Positions 17,437-25,985 of a stretch of 42,384 nt of DNA are shown here, piece by piece; the first letter of the stretch is position 1; each line of letters starts with the position of its first letter. Source of the DNA: a virus (lineage: Duplodnaviria > Caudoviricetes); IMG/VR virus record IMGVR_UViG_3300025018_000041, positions 1 to 42,384 of that record; one strand, written 5' to 3'. The position numbers were made by a program, and so were the translations under genes. Under the pieces are notes generated by a model. That model did not search any database and was not told the DNA's origin. It saw nothing but the letters and a program-made list of their open reading frames with translations.

Positions 17437-17512
17437 TAGTTCAAACTGGCGGGTAGAGGAGGTCTTTTTATAAGACTTGCAGTCCCTTTTACCCTCCAGC
17501 TTGGACTGCTAC
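17433..17512 (+). promoter_or_regulatory. Extended G-U-rich hairpin with alternative GCAGTCC/GGACTGC pairing in the scaffold leader
   Basis: gtagtagttcaa/ttggactgctac, ctgg/ccag, gggtagagg/cttttaccc, aggtctt/aagactt. Confidence 0.55.
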
Positions 17513-17581
17513 AGAGTGGTGCGGCCTTAATCCGCAATACAGGCAGCTAGGGCCTGGTCGCAACCTAGATACTAAACTTCT

Positions 17582-18190
17582 ATGACTGAAGTACAAAACG
17601 CAGAGGAGCAGAAAGCCGAGGAAATAAAACCCGAAGCTGGAACTCCAACAGAGGAAACCAAAGAGGAATCCTCGCAGGACATTGACTACAAAGCAGAACT
17701 GGACAGGGAGCGAGAGCGGCGCATTAAAGCTGAAGCTATCATCCAAAGGAATAAAGAAAAACCTAAGGAAAATGATGACTTTGATGCCCCAGAGTATAAC
17801 CAAGAGCAAATCAACGAGCTGGTAGCTAAGCAGGTAAAAGAACAGGTAGAGGTTCTTGAACGCCGAGTTACCGCCGGACAGATTGACTCATTGGTTAAAC
17901 AGGTAAGCTCTAGCCCCGATGAGGCGGCACTTATCAAGTATCACCTTGATAACACTGTTCGCCCGTCCGGAGATGTTCAAGCTGACGTAGACTACGCTAA
18001 ACTTTTGGCGAATAGTAAGAAGTTCTCCTCTCAAATGAATGAGATGAAACGAGCTATCGTCGCCAAGAACAGCGTATCTACAGGAGGAGGTGCAGGTGCT
18101 AAAAAGCCTACAACTCAACCTAATCAGCTAACCGAGGCAGAAAAGAACTTCCGTCGAGGTCTAGGACTCTCTGATACACCAGCGAAGTAG
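17582..18190 (+). CDS. Probable capsid scaffolding protein
   Basis: Acidic N-terminus, coiled coil, LTEAEKNFRRGLGLS C-terminal helix; upstream of capsid genes. Confidence 0.75.
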   Translation: MTEVQNAEEQKAEEIKPEAGTPTEETKEESSQDIDYKAELDRERERRIKAEAIIQRNKEKPKENDDFDAPEYNQEQINELVAKQVKEQVEVLERRVTAGQIDSLVKQVSSSPDEAALIKYHLDNTVRPSGDVQADVDYAKLLANSKKFSSQMNEMKRAIVAKNSVSTGGGAGAKKPTTQPNQLTEAEKNFRRGLGLSDTPAK

Positions 18191-18231
18191 AGGCAGCCAA
18201 TGTCAATTACCAACTAACTAATTGACATTAT

Positions 18232-18744
18232 ATGAGTGCACGAGATTTTACAGTTATCAAGCACGGGGGCGCAGTTCGCGTTCACGACACAGACGACCGC
18301 ACGACTTCATCTGAAGACGCTGCGATGTTGCCAGGTGAGCCTATCAAGTCAAATACTCCAGCTTCTGCTGGTGAGTTTGCTATCAAGCTCGCTACCGGCG
18401 ATCCAGAAGTGGCTACGGACATGATGCTCGGTATTGCCGCAAAGCAGTCTACCGAAACATCATCTGCGGAGGGAGAAGTGGAGTATATCTCCCTTATCCC
18501 GAACCAGACCGTATTGCGCGCTAAGGCGCACACCGCGACCAACGTCAATACGGCCGCTAAACTCTTGGCTCTTAAAGGCCACTGGGTTACTTGCGATTTG
18601 ACTTCAAGCGCTTTCACGGTGAACGAAGACGAGGCAACAGACCCAAACGTACACGGCTTTCAGATTCTAGGGGGCGACATCGTTAAGGGAACCCTTGACT
18701 TTGTTGTAAGCTCACTAGCTACGCAGGCTGGAACTACTATCTAG
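18232..18744 (+). CDS. Probable capsid decoration/cement protein
   Basis: Ala/Thr-rich beta protein between scaffold and major capsid. Confidence 0.55.
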   Translation: MSARDFTVIKHGGAVRVHDTDDRTTSSEDAAMLPGEPIKSNTPASAGEFAIKLATGDPEVATDMMLGIAAKQSTETSSAEGEVEYISLIPNQTVLRAKAHTATNVNTAAKLLALKGHWVTCDLTSSAFTVNEDEATDPNVHGFQILGGDIVKGTLDFVVSSLATQAGTTI

Positions 18745-18825
18745 GTAGTAGCGTAATTTGGGGGGTCTAGCGCGGGCTAGACCTCACCATCGGACTGATA
18801 AATAACCCCGCATTAAATTAGAAAT

Positions 18826-19767
18826 ATGTTGAATTCCGGGTTAAGCCCATCAACAGTCAAAACAGCGATTGACGAAGTAGTCAAGAGTCGTTTTGAGCGA
18901 GAAGCAGAGCCAGGCGAAGTGTTGGCTACTGACGGATTGTTTTTCCGCCAGCAGTCCACCTCTAAGCAGGCCGAGATTGTAGAGGAATACCTACCTCCGA
19001 CTGAGTTCGGCGTTCACGCTGAAGCTGAGGAAGTAGAAGAAGCAACGATCGCTACGGGCAATCAAAAGACTTTCACAGTTATCAACTACAAGAAGTCTTT
19101 GCCTATTCCGATTGAATACTTTGAGGACGAGATGCACGGCGTTGTCCAGCACACGTTCTCAGAGATGGGTCGTAAGGCCCGCAACACGCGCGACCACGCT
19201 GCGTTTAACGCCAGCTACGGTAATGCGTTTAGCGTAACCACCCCAGACGGTGCTGCGCTAGTATCTGCCACCCACACCACGATGAGTGGTGACACGGTAG
19301 ATAACCTTGAGACAGGTGTGCTTAACGCCACCAACTTGGAAACTCTGGTAAAGAACTTGGCTCTCCAGAAAGACCAGTCAGGTGAGTTTGGCGGTCACGT
19401 TATCAAGGGACTCTTGGTACCGAGAATTCTTCACCCAGACGCGGTAGAAATCGCCGAGAGTGAATTGCAGACCGGTACAGCCAACAACAACCTCAACTAC
19501 TTCTCCAAGATTTATCCTGGTATGGTAGTCGGTTCTTCTGGCTTCCTTGACTCCACCTACAACAGCCTTAACTCCAACGCCGATACCTCTTACTTCGGTG
19601 TCAGCCAAGACCACTTGGTGACTCGTTGGGACAGGTTGGGCTTTACCACCTCAATCGTTGGTCACGAGTACGACTCTCAAGACCGGATGATGTACAAAGC
19701 TCGCTTCCGTCAGGTAGTTGGGCCGAGAGGTTTTGAAGGTCTAGCTGGGAGTAATGGCACAGCTTAA
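18826..19767 (+). CDS. Major capsid protein (HK97 fold inferred)
   Basis: 313 aa; PDGAALVSATH and LLVPRILH motifs; position; biased codon usage. Confidence 0.85.
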   Translation: MLNSGLSPSTVKTAIDEVVKSRFEREAEPGEVLATDGLFFRQQSTSKQAEIVEEYLPPTEFGVHAEAEEVEEATIATGNQKTFTVINYKKSLPIPIEYFEDEMHGVVQHTFSEMGRKARNTRDHAAFNASYGNAFSVTTPDGAALVSATHTTMSGDTVDNLETGVLNATNLETLVKNLALQKDQSGEFGGHVIKGLLVPRILHPDAVEIAESELQTGTANNNLNYFSKIYPGMVVGSSGFLDSTYNSLNSNADTSYFGVSQDHLVTRWDRLGFTTSIVGHEYDSQDRMMYKARFRQVVGPRGFEGLAGSNGTA

Positions 19768-19781
19768 TAACAACTAATAAT

Positions 19782-19820
19782 CTCTGGCGGGGGGTGAGTA
19801 ATCTCGCTCCCCTCTAGGGG
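19782..19820 (+). other. GC-rich hairpin after the capsid gene (no U-tract)
   Basis: ctctggcggggggtgag-taat-ctcgctcccctctagggg. Confidence 0.5.
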
Positions 19821-19833
19821 GTAACTAAATACA

Positions 19834-20340
19834 ATGAATAGATACATCGTATATTGTCTCCTCGCTGGGATTTTAGTTGTTGCCCTATTCGGAAGTCCGT
19901 TTAAGGGAACAGCTATGCTAGGCGCAGAGGGAGACACGAATCTCACCAATCTCGTATTGAGCGGAGATTTGACTGTCGGTGACGACACTACATTTACTGG
20001 TGATATAACCGTTGCTACTACTGGCACAACTTCTATCGGTGGTGGTACTGCGATTGATTACATCACTCGTGATACTTTCAGTTGGGATTCTGGACTATTA
20101 GCTGGTGGTGGTGCTACAAGCACTGCTTCATTCACCTGGGATGCGACACCGCTTCCTGCGGTTGGCGATGCTTGTATAGTCGGAAATGGGTCGGCTAGCT
20201 CGACCATCCCCGAAGTGTATGATTTCAAGATTACCGCTGCCAACGCATCAACGGCATCGGGTACTCTTACTCATATCGCTGAAGGTACAGCTGTAGACTA
20301 TGGCGCAGCTACTCTTAGCGTAACCTGCTTCAATTACTAA
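19834..20340 (+). CDS. Putative structural protein with N-terminal signal/TM helix
   Basis: MNRYIVYCLLAGILVVALFGS followed by a Thr/Gly/Ala-rich beta domain. Confidence 0.7.
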   Translation: MNRYIVYCLLAGILVVALFGSPFKGTAMLGAEGDTNLTNLVLSGDLTVGDDTTFTGDITVATTGTTSIGGGTAIDYITRDTFSWDSGLLAGGGATSTASFTWDATPLPAVGDACIVGNGSASSTIPEVYDFKITAANASTASGTLTHIAEGTAVDYGAATLSVTCFNY

Positions 20341-20397
20341 CCTTACTAGGGGAGAGACTGCCTTCCCTCTTAGGGGATTAACATTAACTCAAGAAAA

Positions 20398-20820
20398 ATG
20401 AAAACAAGCACAATCATAATCGGTATAGTTCTCTTGGTAGGTGGACTGTTTATTGGTCAATCTATCCAAGAGGCTATCTCTGAACTTGAACCAAGCACCA
20501 TCAATCTAAGCGGTAGGCAGGTAGACCAAATTAGCTCTGTAACCACATCGGCCAGCAGTAGCGTGGCTACGTCTTCTACGGCTGTTCTAACCGCTAACTC
20601 CGAACGTGTGTATGCTTCTATCACCAATAACTCTACCAATGAGATTTGGTGTGAGGCTGGCGCTACGGCTTCAGCAGATGAGGGCTGGAAACTGGTAGCG
20701 ACTGACGCTTCTACCGGCAAGATACAGCTAGAATTCGGCCCAGGTCACATTCCTTACACAGGCGCAGTAGCTTGTATCGCTGAAACTGCCGCTTCTAACG
20801 TAAGTACAGTCAATAACTAA
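20398..20820 (+). CDS. Putative structural protein with N-terminal signal/TM helix
   Basis: MKTSTIIIGIVLLVGGLFIG followed by VLTANSERVYASITNNS...YTGAVACI. Confidence 0.7.
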   Translation: MKTSTIIIGIVLLVGGLFIGQSIQEAISELEPSTINLSGRQVDQISSVTTSASSSVATSSTAVLTANSERVYASITNNSTNEIWCEAGATASADEGWKLVATDASTGKIQLEFGPGHIPYTGAVACIAETAASNVSTVNN

Positions 20821-22391
20821 TGAAAAAGACTGGTTCAGCACGGCCTTTTTCAGTGAAGATTGAAACTATCCTCGGCGGGCGCAGTTCTTTACTCAACTTC
20901 GGGCAAAAAGGCCAGTACATATCTTCTATTGGGATAGACCCTGACTTCCCTATCTCCGACTCCGCTACTTTGCCTAGCGGATATTTGCGACCTACTTCAA
21001 CCGAGGATTTTTCCTCTACGCAGGTAAATTCAACCCCTTTATGGCTGGCAACTAACCCCAAAGACGAGAAAGTCTACGCCTATTTAGATAATGGGCGATT
21101 TGTGTCGTATAGCTCCAGCCTTGCTTCTGAAGCTCTAGCCGCCACGGTTACAGCTTCCGGAGGCAATGGAATGGCTTACTACGACAACTATTTTTATTTA
21201 ATGTCTAACACCGATGTCGCCAGATACGGACTGTTGGACGGCACGCCCTCAATCACGCAGAATTATTGGAGTTCTACGCTGTCTTTGACTTCTTTGACTA
21301 ACACCACCTATCCGAGCATTGACCCTAGCGGAGCGAACGTAGAGATGCCCAATCACGTTGCCCACAGGCACACAGACGACAAACTGTATTTCACAGATGT
21401 CCACGCCAGCGGGTACGGGATTATAAATTATATTAAAACTGTTTCTCAAGCCGGGGTGAATGACGGCTCAACTTATAACGCTTTGGATTTTGATTATGGA
21501 GTTTACCCCACGGCACTAGCTACATATCAAACCAACTTAGCTGTGGCTCTGATAGAGGGAGTTTCTACCGATGTTCGACAGAAGAATGCCAAGATGAGCT
21601 TTTGGGACACGACCTCTTCATCATTCGCCCTAATCACCGATGATGAGTTCCCTGATCCGCTAATCACCGCTACCGAGAACGTCAACGGAGTTCTTTGGGT
21701 GGCTTCGGGTTCAGCTAAAGGGGGTTGTCGGATATCACGCTACGCTGGAGGTTATCAGCACCAACAGGTGTTTTATGACCCCGATATGTTCCCGCCACTC
21801 CAGGGTGCTTTCAAACACCTGCTTAATCGCGTCATATTCGGTTCTGCGGTGCTTTACCCCTCAAGGTATGGCTTAGTGACCGCAATCGGTTCTAACGCCT
21901 TAGGAGGGCAAGCAGCGCACGGTATTTTGAAGGCTTCGGCGGCTGGAGCTAATCCCTACATAACAGCTTTGGCGTATGTTCAAAATGACGCTCTGGCTAA
22001 GTTAAGCCCGATAATCGGCTGGAAAGACGGAAGTACGCCAGGAATCGACAAGCTTTCAACAGCTTATGGCACGTCAGTCTTTAGAAGCGAGATGTCCCGT
22101 ATTGGCGAGCCGTTCAGAATTGAGGAACTAATAATCCCGATGGCCACGGTCTTAGCCGCTAACATTACGATAACCGTTAAAGTATTTGTAGATGACGGCA
22201 GTTCCAGTGTAACGATGGCGACGATCAACAACACCAACTTCCCCTCTAGGCGGATAATCGCCCTCAAGAACAAGAAAGTAATCGGACAGCATAACTTCTT
22301 TGTAGAACTAACTTGGTCTGGTTCGGCTCTAGGAACTGTGGCGTTGCCAATACAGATTAACGGGGTCTTAACTTCTAGTAACTATGCCTGA
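20820..22391 (+). CDS. Probable tail hub/nozzle (beta-propeller-like, P22 gp10-type role)
   Basis: 523 aa, all-beta; position in a short-tail module. Confidence 0.5.
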   Translation: MKKTGSARPFSVKIETILGGRSSLLNFGQKGQYISSIGIDPDFPISDSATLPSGYLRPTSTEDFSSTQVNSTPLWLATNPKDEKVYAYLDNGRFVSYSSSLASEALAATVTASGGNGMAYYDNYFYLMSNTDVARYGLLDGTPSITQNYWSSTLSLTSLTNTTYPSIDPSGANVEMPNHVAHRHTDDKLYFTDVHASGYGIINYIKTVSQAGVNDGSTYNALDFDYGVYPTALATYQTNLAVALIEGVSTDVRQKNAKMSFWDTTSSSFALITDDEFPDPLITATENVNGVLWVASGSAKGGCRISRYAGGYQHQQVFYDPDMFPPLQGAFKHLLNRVIFGSAVLYPSRYGLVTAIGSNALGGQAAHGILKASAAGANPYITALAYVQNDALAKLSPIIGWKDGSTPGIDKLSTAYGTSVFRSEMSRIGEPFRIEELIIPMATVLAANITITVKVFVDDGSSSVTMATINNTNFPSRRIIALKNKKVIGQHNFFVELTWSGSALGTVALPIQINGVLTSSNYA

Positions 22392-24720
22392 AGATTTCAA
22401 GCAGTTTTATCTTGAGCCAGAGCCACTGGAGAGCAATATCGGCGAAAGTGGTGCAGATACATTTCTGAAAAGAGGTGCTTTTAAGTCGCCAAATTACGCC
22501 AAAGATAAAGCTGGCTGGAGTATTGACTCTGAAGGAAATGCCGAGTTTCAAGGCGGAAAGTTTAGAGGGAACTTTGACATAGGCGGGAGTGTTATCACGG
22601 TAGACTCTATTGACGAAGTACAGGAAACGGTTGACTTAGTTGATACCGAAGGCGGAGGAACCGTTTATCTTGCCAATGGAACGTATGTTTTAACTGCCGA
22701 TATAAGTATTCCAAGTGGTGTTAATTTACAGGGTGTTTCTCGTGATGGGGTGATATTAGATTGTAATAATGCCTATTCCGTGACCATTAAGGGAACTAAT
22801 GTTTATTCAACCGGAACGCTCGCAATTAGCGATACACAAGACGAAGTAGTTGGAACAGGAACGACATTTACTTCGGCGATGGTGGGGAGGTACATTTGGC
22901 TCTCGGGGACTTGGTATGAAATCGCAGCTTTCACGGACACTACCCATATAGATATAAGCCCTGCATATTCAGGAGATAACCTTTCAAGTTATGCGGTATC
23001 TATTGCTGATGTAAACTTCAACTCTGCGGTATCTAAAGTTACGATTATAAATTCTGATGCTGGAGGAGTTGAATGTTCTCACGCCTCAGAGACAATCATT
23101 GACGACTTGGTTCTATATGACAATGTGACTGGTCTTGATTTAGATTATGTTCTATTCCCGAAGATTTTAGTGGCTTCATCTGAAAACGGAGTTAACTTGA
23201 ATATGAATTTTGTTACAGGATTTAAGATAGATTTTTGTGAATTTAATGACTCCGTAACCAGTCACGGGATAATAATGACCGACACAGATAATGCTACATT
23301 GTTTGATAGCTCTATTGCTGGTAACACAGGTGATGGGTTGAACTTAACTAATTGTAAAAATATAGCAATCATTTCTTTTGATATTTCAAGTAACGGCGGA
23401 CAAGGTGTTGAAATGGTTTCTGGTTGTAACGACAATCAAATAATAGCCGGGCGTGTAGTAGGTAATACTTCTGATGGAATAAAAGTGACCGCTACTTCAG
23501 ATAGAAACATTATTTCATCCTGTTCTATTAAAGACTCAGGTGGATATGGTATAAACATCGCCGCCTCAACTTGCGATAACAATACAATTATTGCGCCAGC
23601 CTTTGAGAACAACACTAGCGGAGATGTGAATGACAGTGGAACTGGAACGGTTAGGATACAGGAGACGGATACTTCATCTTTTCCTACTAATATCTTTTAT
23701 GGTGATGGCTCTGACGGCAATGTAACTATCTCTAGTAACACTACCCTTACAAGGGATATGTATTACAATAATCTTACGATTGCTACTACTTTCACTTTGG
23801 ATACAGCCAACTTTGATGTGTATGTGATGGGAACTTTAACCCAGCAAGGAACTGGTAAGTTAATAAATAACGGCGGAGCGGGTGGAGCGGGTGGTAACGG
23901 CTCACAATCTGGTGGTGAAGGAGGGTCTGGAGGTTCGGCTGGTTCGGCTGGAGCGGCGGTGGCTGCAGGTACTTCACCAGCCGGGAAAGCTGGCGTTGTC
24001 GGACAGGCGGGTGTTACTCAATCAAGTAATAACGCAGGAGACGCTGGAGTGAATGGAACGAACGGTTCTGCGGTTACGAACTCTTTAGGTATCACAGGGA
24101 AAACTGCCGCCGCCAGCGGAGCAGGAGGGAATGGTTCACAAGGTTCAGGTGGAACAGCAGGAACGAACGGAACAGGTGGAGCGGTCACGGCTTCTAAAGC
24201 GTCTTTACGTGACCCTATTACAGCTTCTACGATGGGAGTTTTTGTCGCTGGGACGATGACTACTTTCACCAATAACGGTCAGAATGGCGGTACAGGAAGC
24301 GGAGCGGGCGGCGGAGGAAACAGTGCCGCAGGTAGATTTGGCGGTTCAGGTGGGGGTTCGGGTGGAGGCGGAGCAGAAGCAGGGTTTATGGCTGTTTTTG
24401 CTAATACAATCGTTACTGTTGGAGCAAACACCTTTTTCCAAGCAAAAGGCGGAGCTGGTGGTAATGGAGGAAATGGTGGAAATAGCGTTGCAGGGAACAC
24501 AGGAGGAGGCGGAGCAGGAGCTGGTGGTTCTGGGGGGAACGGAGGAATAATCGTTATCGTTTACAAAACCCTGACAGGAACAATGAACACCGACGTAACC
24601 GCCGGAGCGGGCGGAACTGGTGGGACGGGGGGAAACGGGGCAGGTACAGGGACTGGTGGGTCTAACGGCTCTAACGGAACAGCAGGTGCGACAGGAACAG
24701 TATTTACTATTCAGTTATAA
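22384..24720 (+). CDS. Tailspike/adhesin: parallel beta-helix plus C-terminal glycine-rich domain
   Basis: GGGTVYLANGTY, repeated N-x-x-D-G-I turns, GDGSDG, then GGxGG runs. Confidence 0.75.
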   Translation: MPEDFKQFYLEPEPLESNIGESGADTFLKRGAFKSPNYAKDKAGWSIDSEGNAEFQGGKFRGNFDIGGSVITVDSIDEVQETVDLVDTEGGGTVYLANGTYVLTADISIPSGVNLQGVSRDGVILDCNNAYSVTIKGTNVYSTGTLAISDTQDEVVGTGTTFTSAMVGRYIWLSGTWYEIAAFTDTTHIDISPAYSGDNLSSYAVSIADVNFNSAVSKVTIINSDAGGVECSHASETIIDDLVLYDNVTGLDLDYVLFPKILVASSENGVNLNMNFVTGFKIDFCEFNDSVTSHGIIMTDTDNATLFDSSIAGNTGDGLNLTNCKNIAIISFDISSNGGQGVEMVSGCNDNQIIAGRVVGNTSDGIKVTATSDRNIISSCSIKDSGGYGINIAASTCDNNTIIAPAFENNTSGDVNDSGTGTVRIQETDTSSFPTNIFYGDGSDGNVTISSNTTLTRDMYYNNLTIATTFTLDTANFDVYVMGTLTQQGTGKLINNGGAGGAGGNGSQSGGEGGSGGSAGSAGAAVAAGTSPAGKAGVVGQAGVTQSSNNAGDAGVNGTNGSAVTNSLGITGKTAAASGAGGNGSQGSGGTAGTNGTGGAVTASKASLRDPITASTMGVFVAGTMTTFTNNGQNGGTGSGAGGGGNSAAGRFGGSGGGSGGGGAEAGFMAVFANTIVTVGANTFFQAKGGAGGNGGNGGNSVAGNTGGGGAGAGGSGGNGGIIVIVYKTLTGTMNTDVTAGAGGTGGTGGNGAGTGTGGSNGSNGTAGATGTVFTIQL

Positions 24721-24750
24721 TAATTTCGCCTAGAACAAAACTAATAATAA

Positions 24751-24788
24751 TGTTATAATTAAGTAAAATAATATCTTTTCTGGACTGC
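24751..24788 (+). promoter_or_regulatory. Extended -10 promoter (TGtTATAAT) plus TGGACTGC motif
   Basis: Same layout as the portal leader. Confidence 0.55.
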
Positions 24789-24804
24789 AAAAGGTAAAAG
24801 ATAT

Positions 24805-25965
24805 ATGCCAGACTACACATACACAGAGCTGAAAGAGGAAATCTACGACCCTCTTCGAGATGACAATATCTCAGACGTGGTTACTATCCGCACGATAATC
24901 AACCGCGCCGCCAGAGCCGTGCTTAGAGGGCTTGACCCCAGAGGCACAAAGCGCAACGCCCAGCTGACATCTAAACTTTTTCGAGATACTTGGAACTATC
25001 CCGCTCCCTCCGACTTAAAGGCAATCATAGATATCCAAGCCCAGACAAACCGCAGTATCAGCTCACAGGTTTCTTTGATAGAAGAAGCCAAGTTTGACCG
25101 CACGAAACACGCTAACCGAGGGCATAGGGTGGCCATAAAAACCGATGACTTCACTGAAAGACTGCTTTTTGACGGCGAAGTTAGAGATGAGTCGGTAAAT
25201 ATAGACGGGCTGGATAGTTTAACCGCCAACGGCACGTGGAGTGAGTTTGGTAACGCCGATAACCTAGCAGCCGACTCCAACAACTCGGTGCAGGGTGGAA
25301 ACTCCCTGAAGTTTGACTTAACTACTGGCGGCACAACCGCAGGTATTCAAAACACCACGCTCGCAGAAGTAGACTTAACGGACTACACCACAGACGGCTC
25401 AGTCTTTGTGTGGGTATATATAGTTTCTTCCACAGATATAACGAACTTTATCTTGCATATCGGTAACGACCTAACCACTAACTACTACGCCGACACCATC
25501 ACCACAAATGCTTGGGGATCGAGCTTTGAAAACGGCTGGAACTTGCTCAGATTTGACTTTAACGGGGCGACTGAGAACGGCACGGTAACCGACACCACCA
25601 TAGACTCTGTAAAGCTCTATATGACCAAGGCTTCAGGCAAGATAGGCACTGGGTACGCTTTTGACAGCATAATCGCCAGAGTGGGCGAGTATCACAACAT
25701 TTTGTACTACTCCTCTTGCCCGTGGCAGAGTTCAGCCGGAACGTATCTTAATGATTCAACAACCGACACAGACTTAATCAACGCTACTTTTGACGAGATA
25801 GACTTGTATATCCTTAGAGGCAAAATGGAGCTTCATCGAGAACTCAAGGAATATGACGAGCTGGCTTTGGTTACACAAGAATACGAACGAGCCAAAACTG
25901 AATACAACCGAAGAAACCCAAGCGAACGTCTAACCATTAACCGGCGGTATTATCACATCATTTAA
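24805..25965 (+). CDS. Probable head-tail adaptor with inserted carbohydrate-binding-like domain
   Basis: Helical ends (IINRAAR, YPAPSD) flanking a jelly-roll-like segment (SLKFD, VFVWVY, NGWNLLRFD). Confidence 0.5.
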   Translation: MPDYTYTELKEEIYDPLRDDNISDVVTIRTIINRAARAVLRGLDPRGTKRNAQLTSKLFRDTWNYPAPSDLKAIIDIQAQTNRSISSQVSLIEEAKFDRTKHANRGHRVAIKTDDFTERLLFDGEVRDESVNIDGLDSLTANGTWSEFGNADNLAADSNNSVQGGNSLKFDLTTGGTTAGIQNTTLAEVDLTDYTTDGSVFVWVYIVSSTDITNFILHIGNDLTTNYYADTITTNAWGSSFENGWNLLRFDFNGATENGTVTDTTIDSVKLYMTKASGKIGTGYAFDSIIARVGEYHNILYYSSCPWQSSAGTYLNDSTTDTDLINATFDEIDLYILRGKMELHRELKEYDELALVTQEYERAKTEYNRRNPSERLTINRRYYHII

Positions 25966-25985
25966 CCTATGGCTACATAAAAACT

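Noticed and set aside
25969-25980. Mini-ORF MAT* before the ejection gene (also MEKINTIKE* at 37703-37732)
   Set aside because: Too short to support; may be recombination scars or chance
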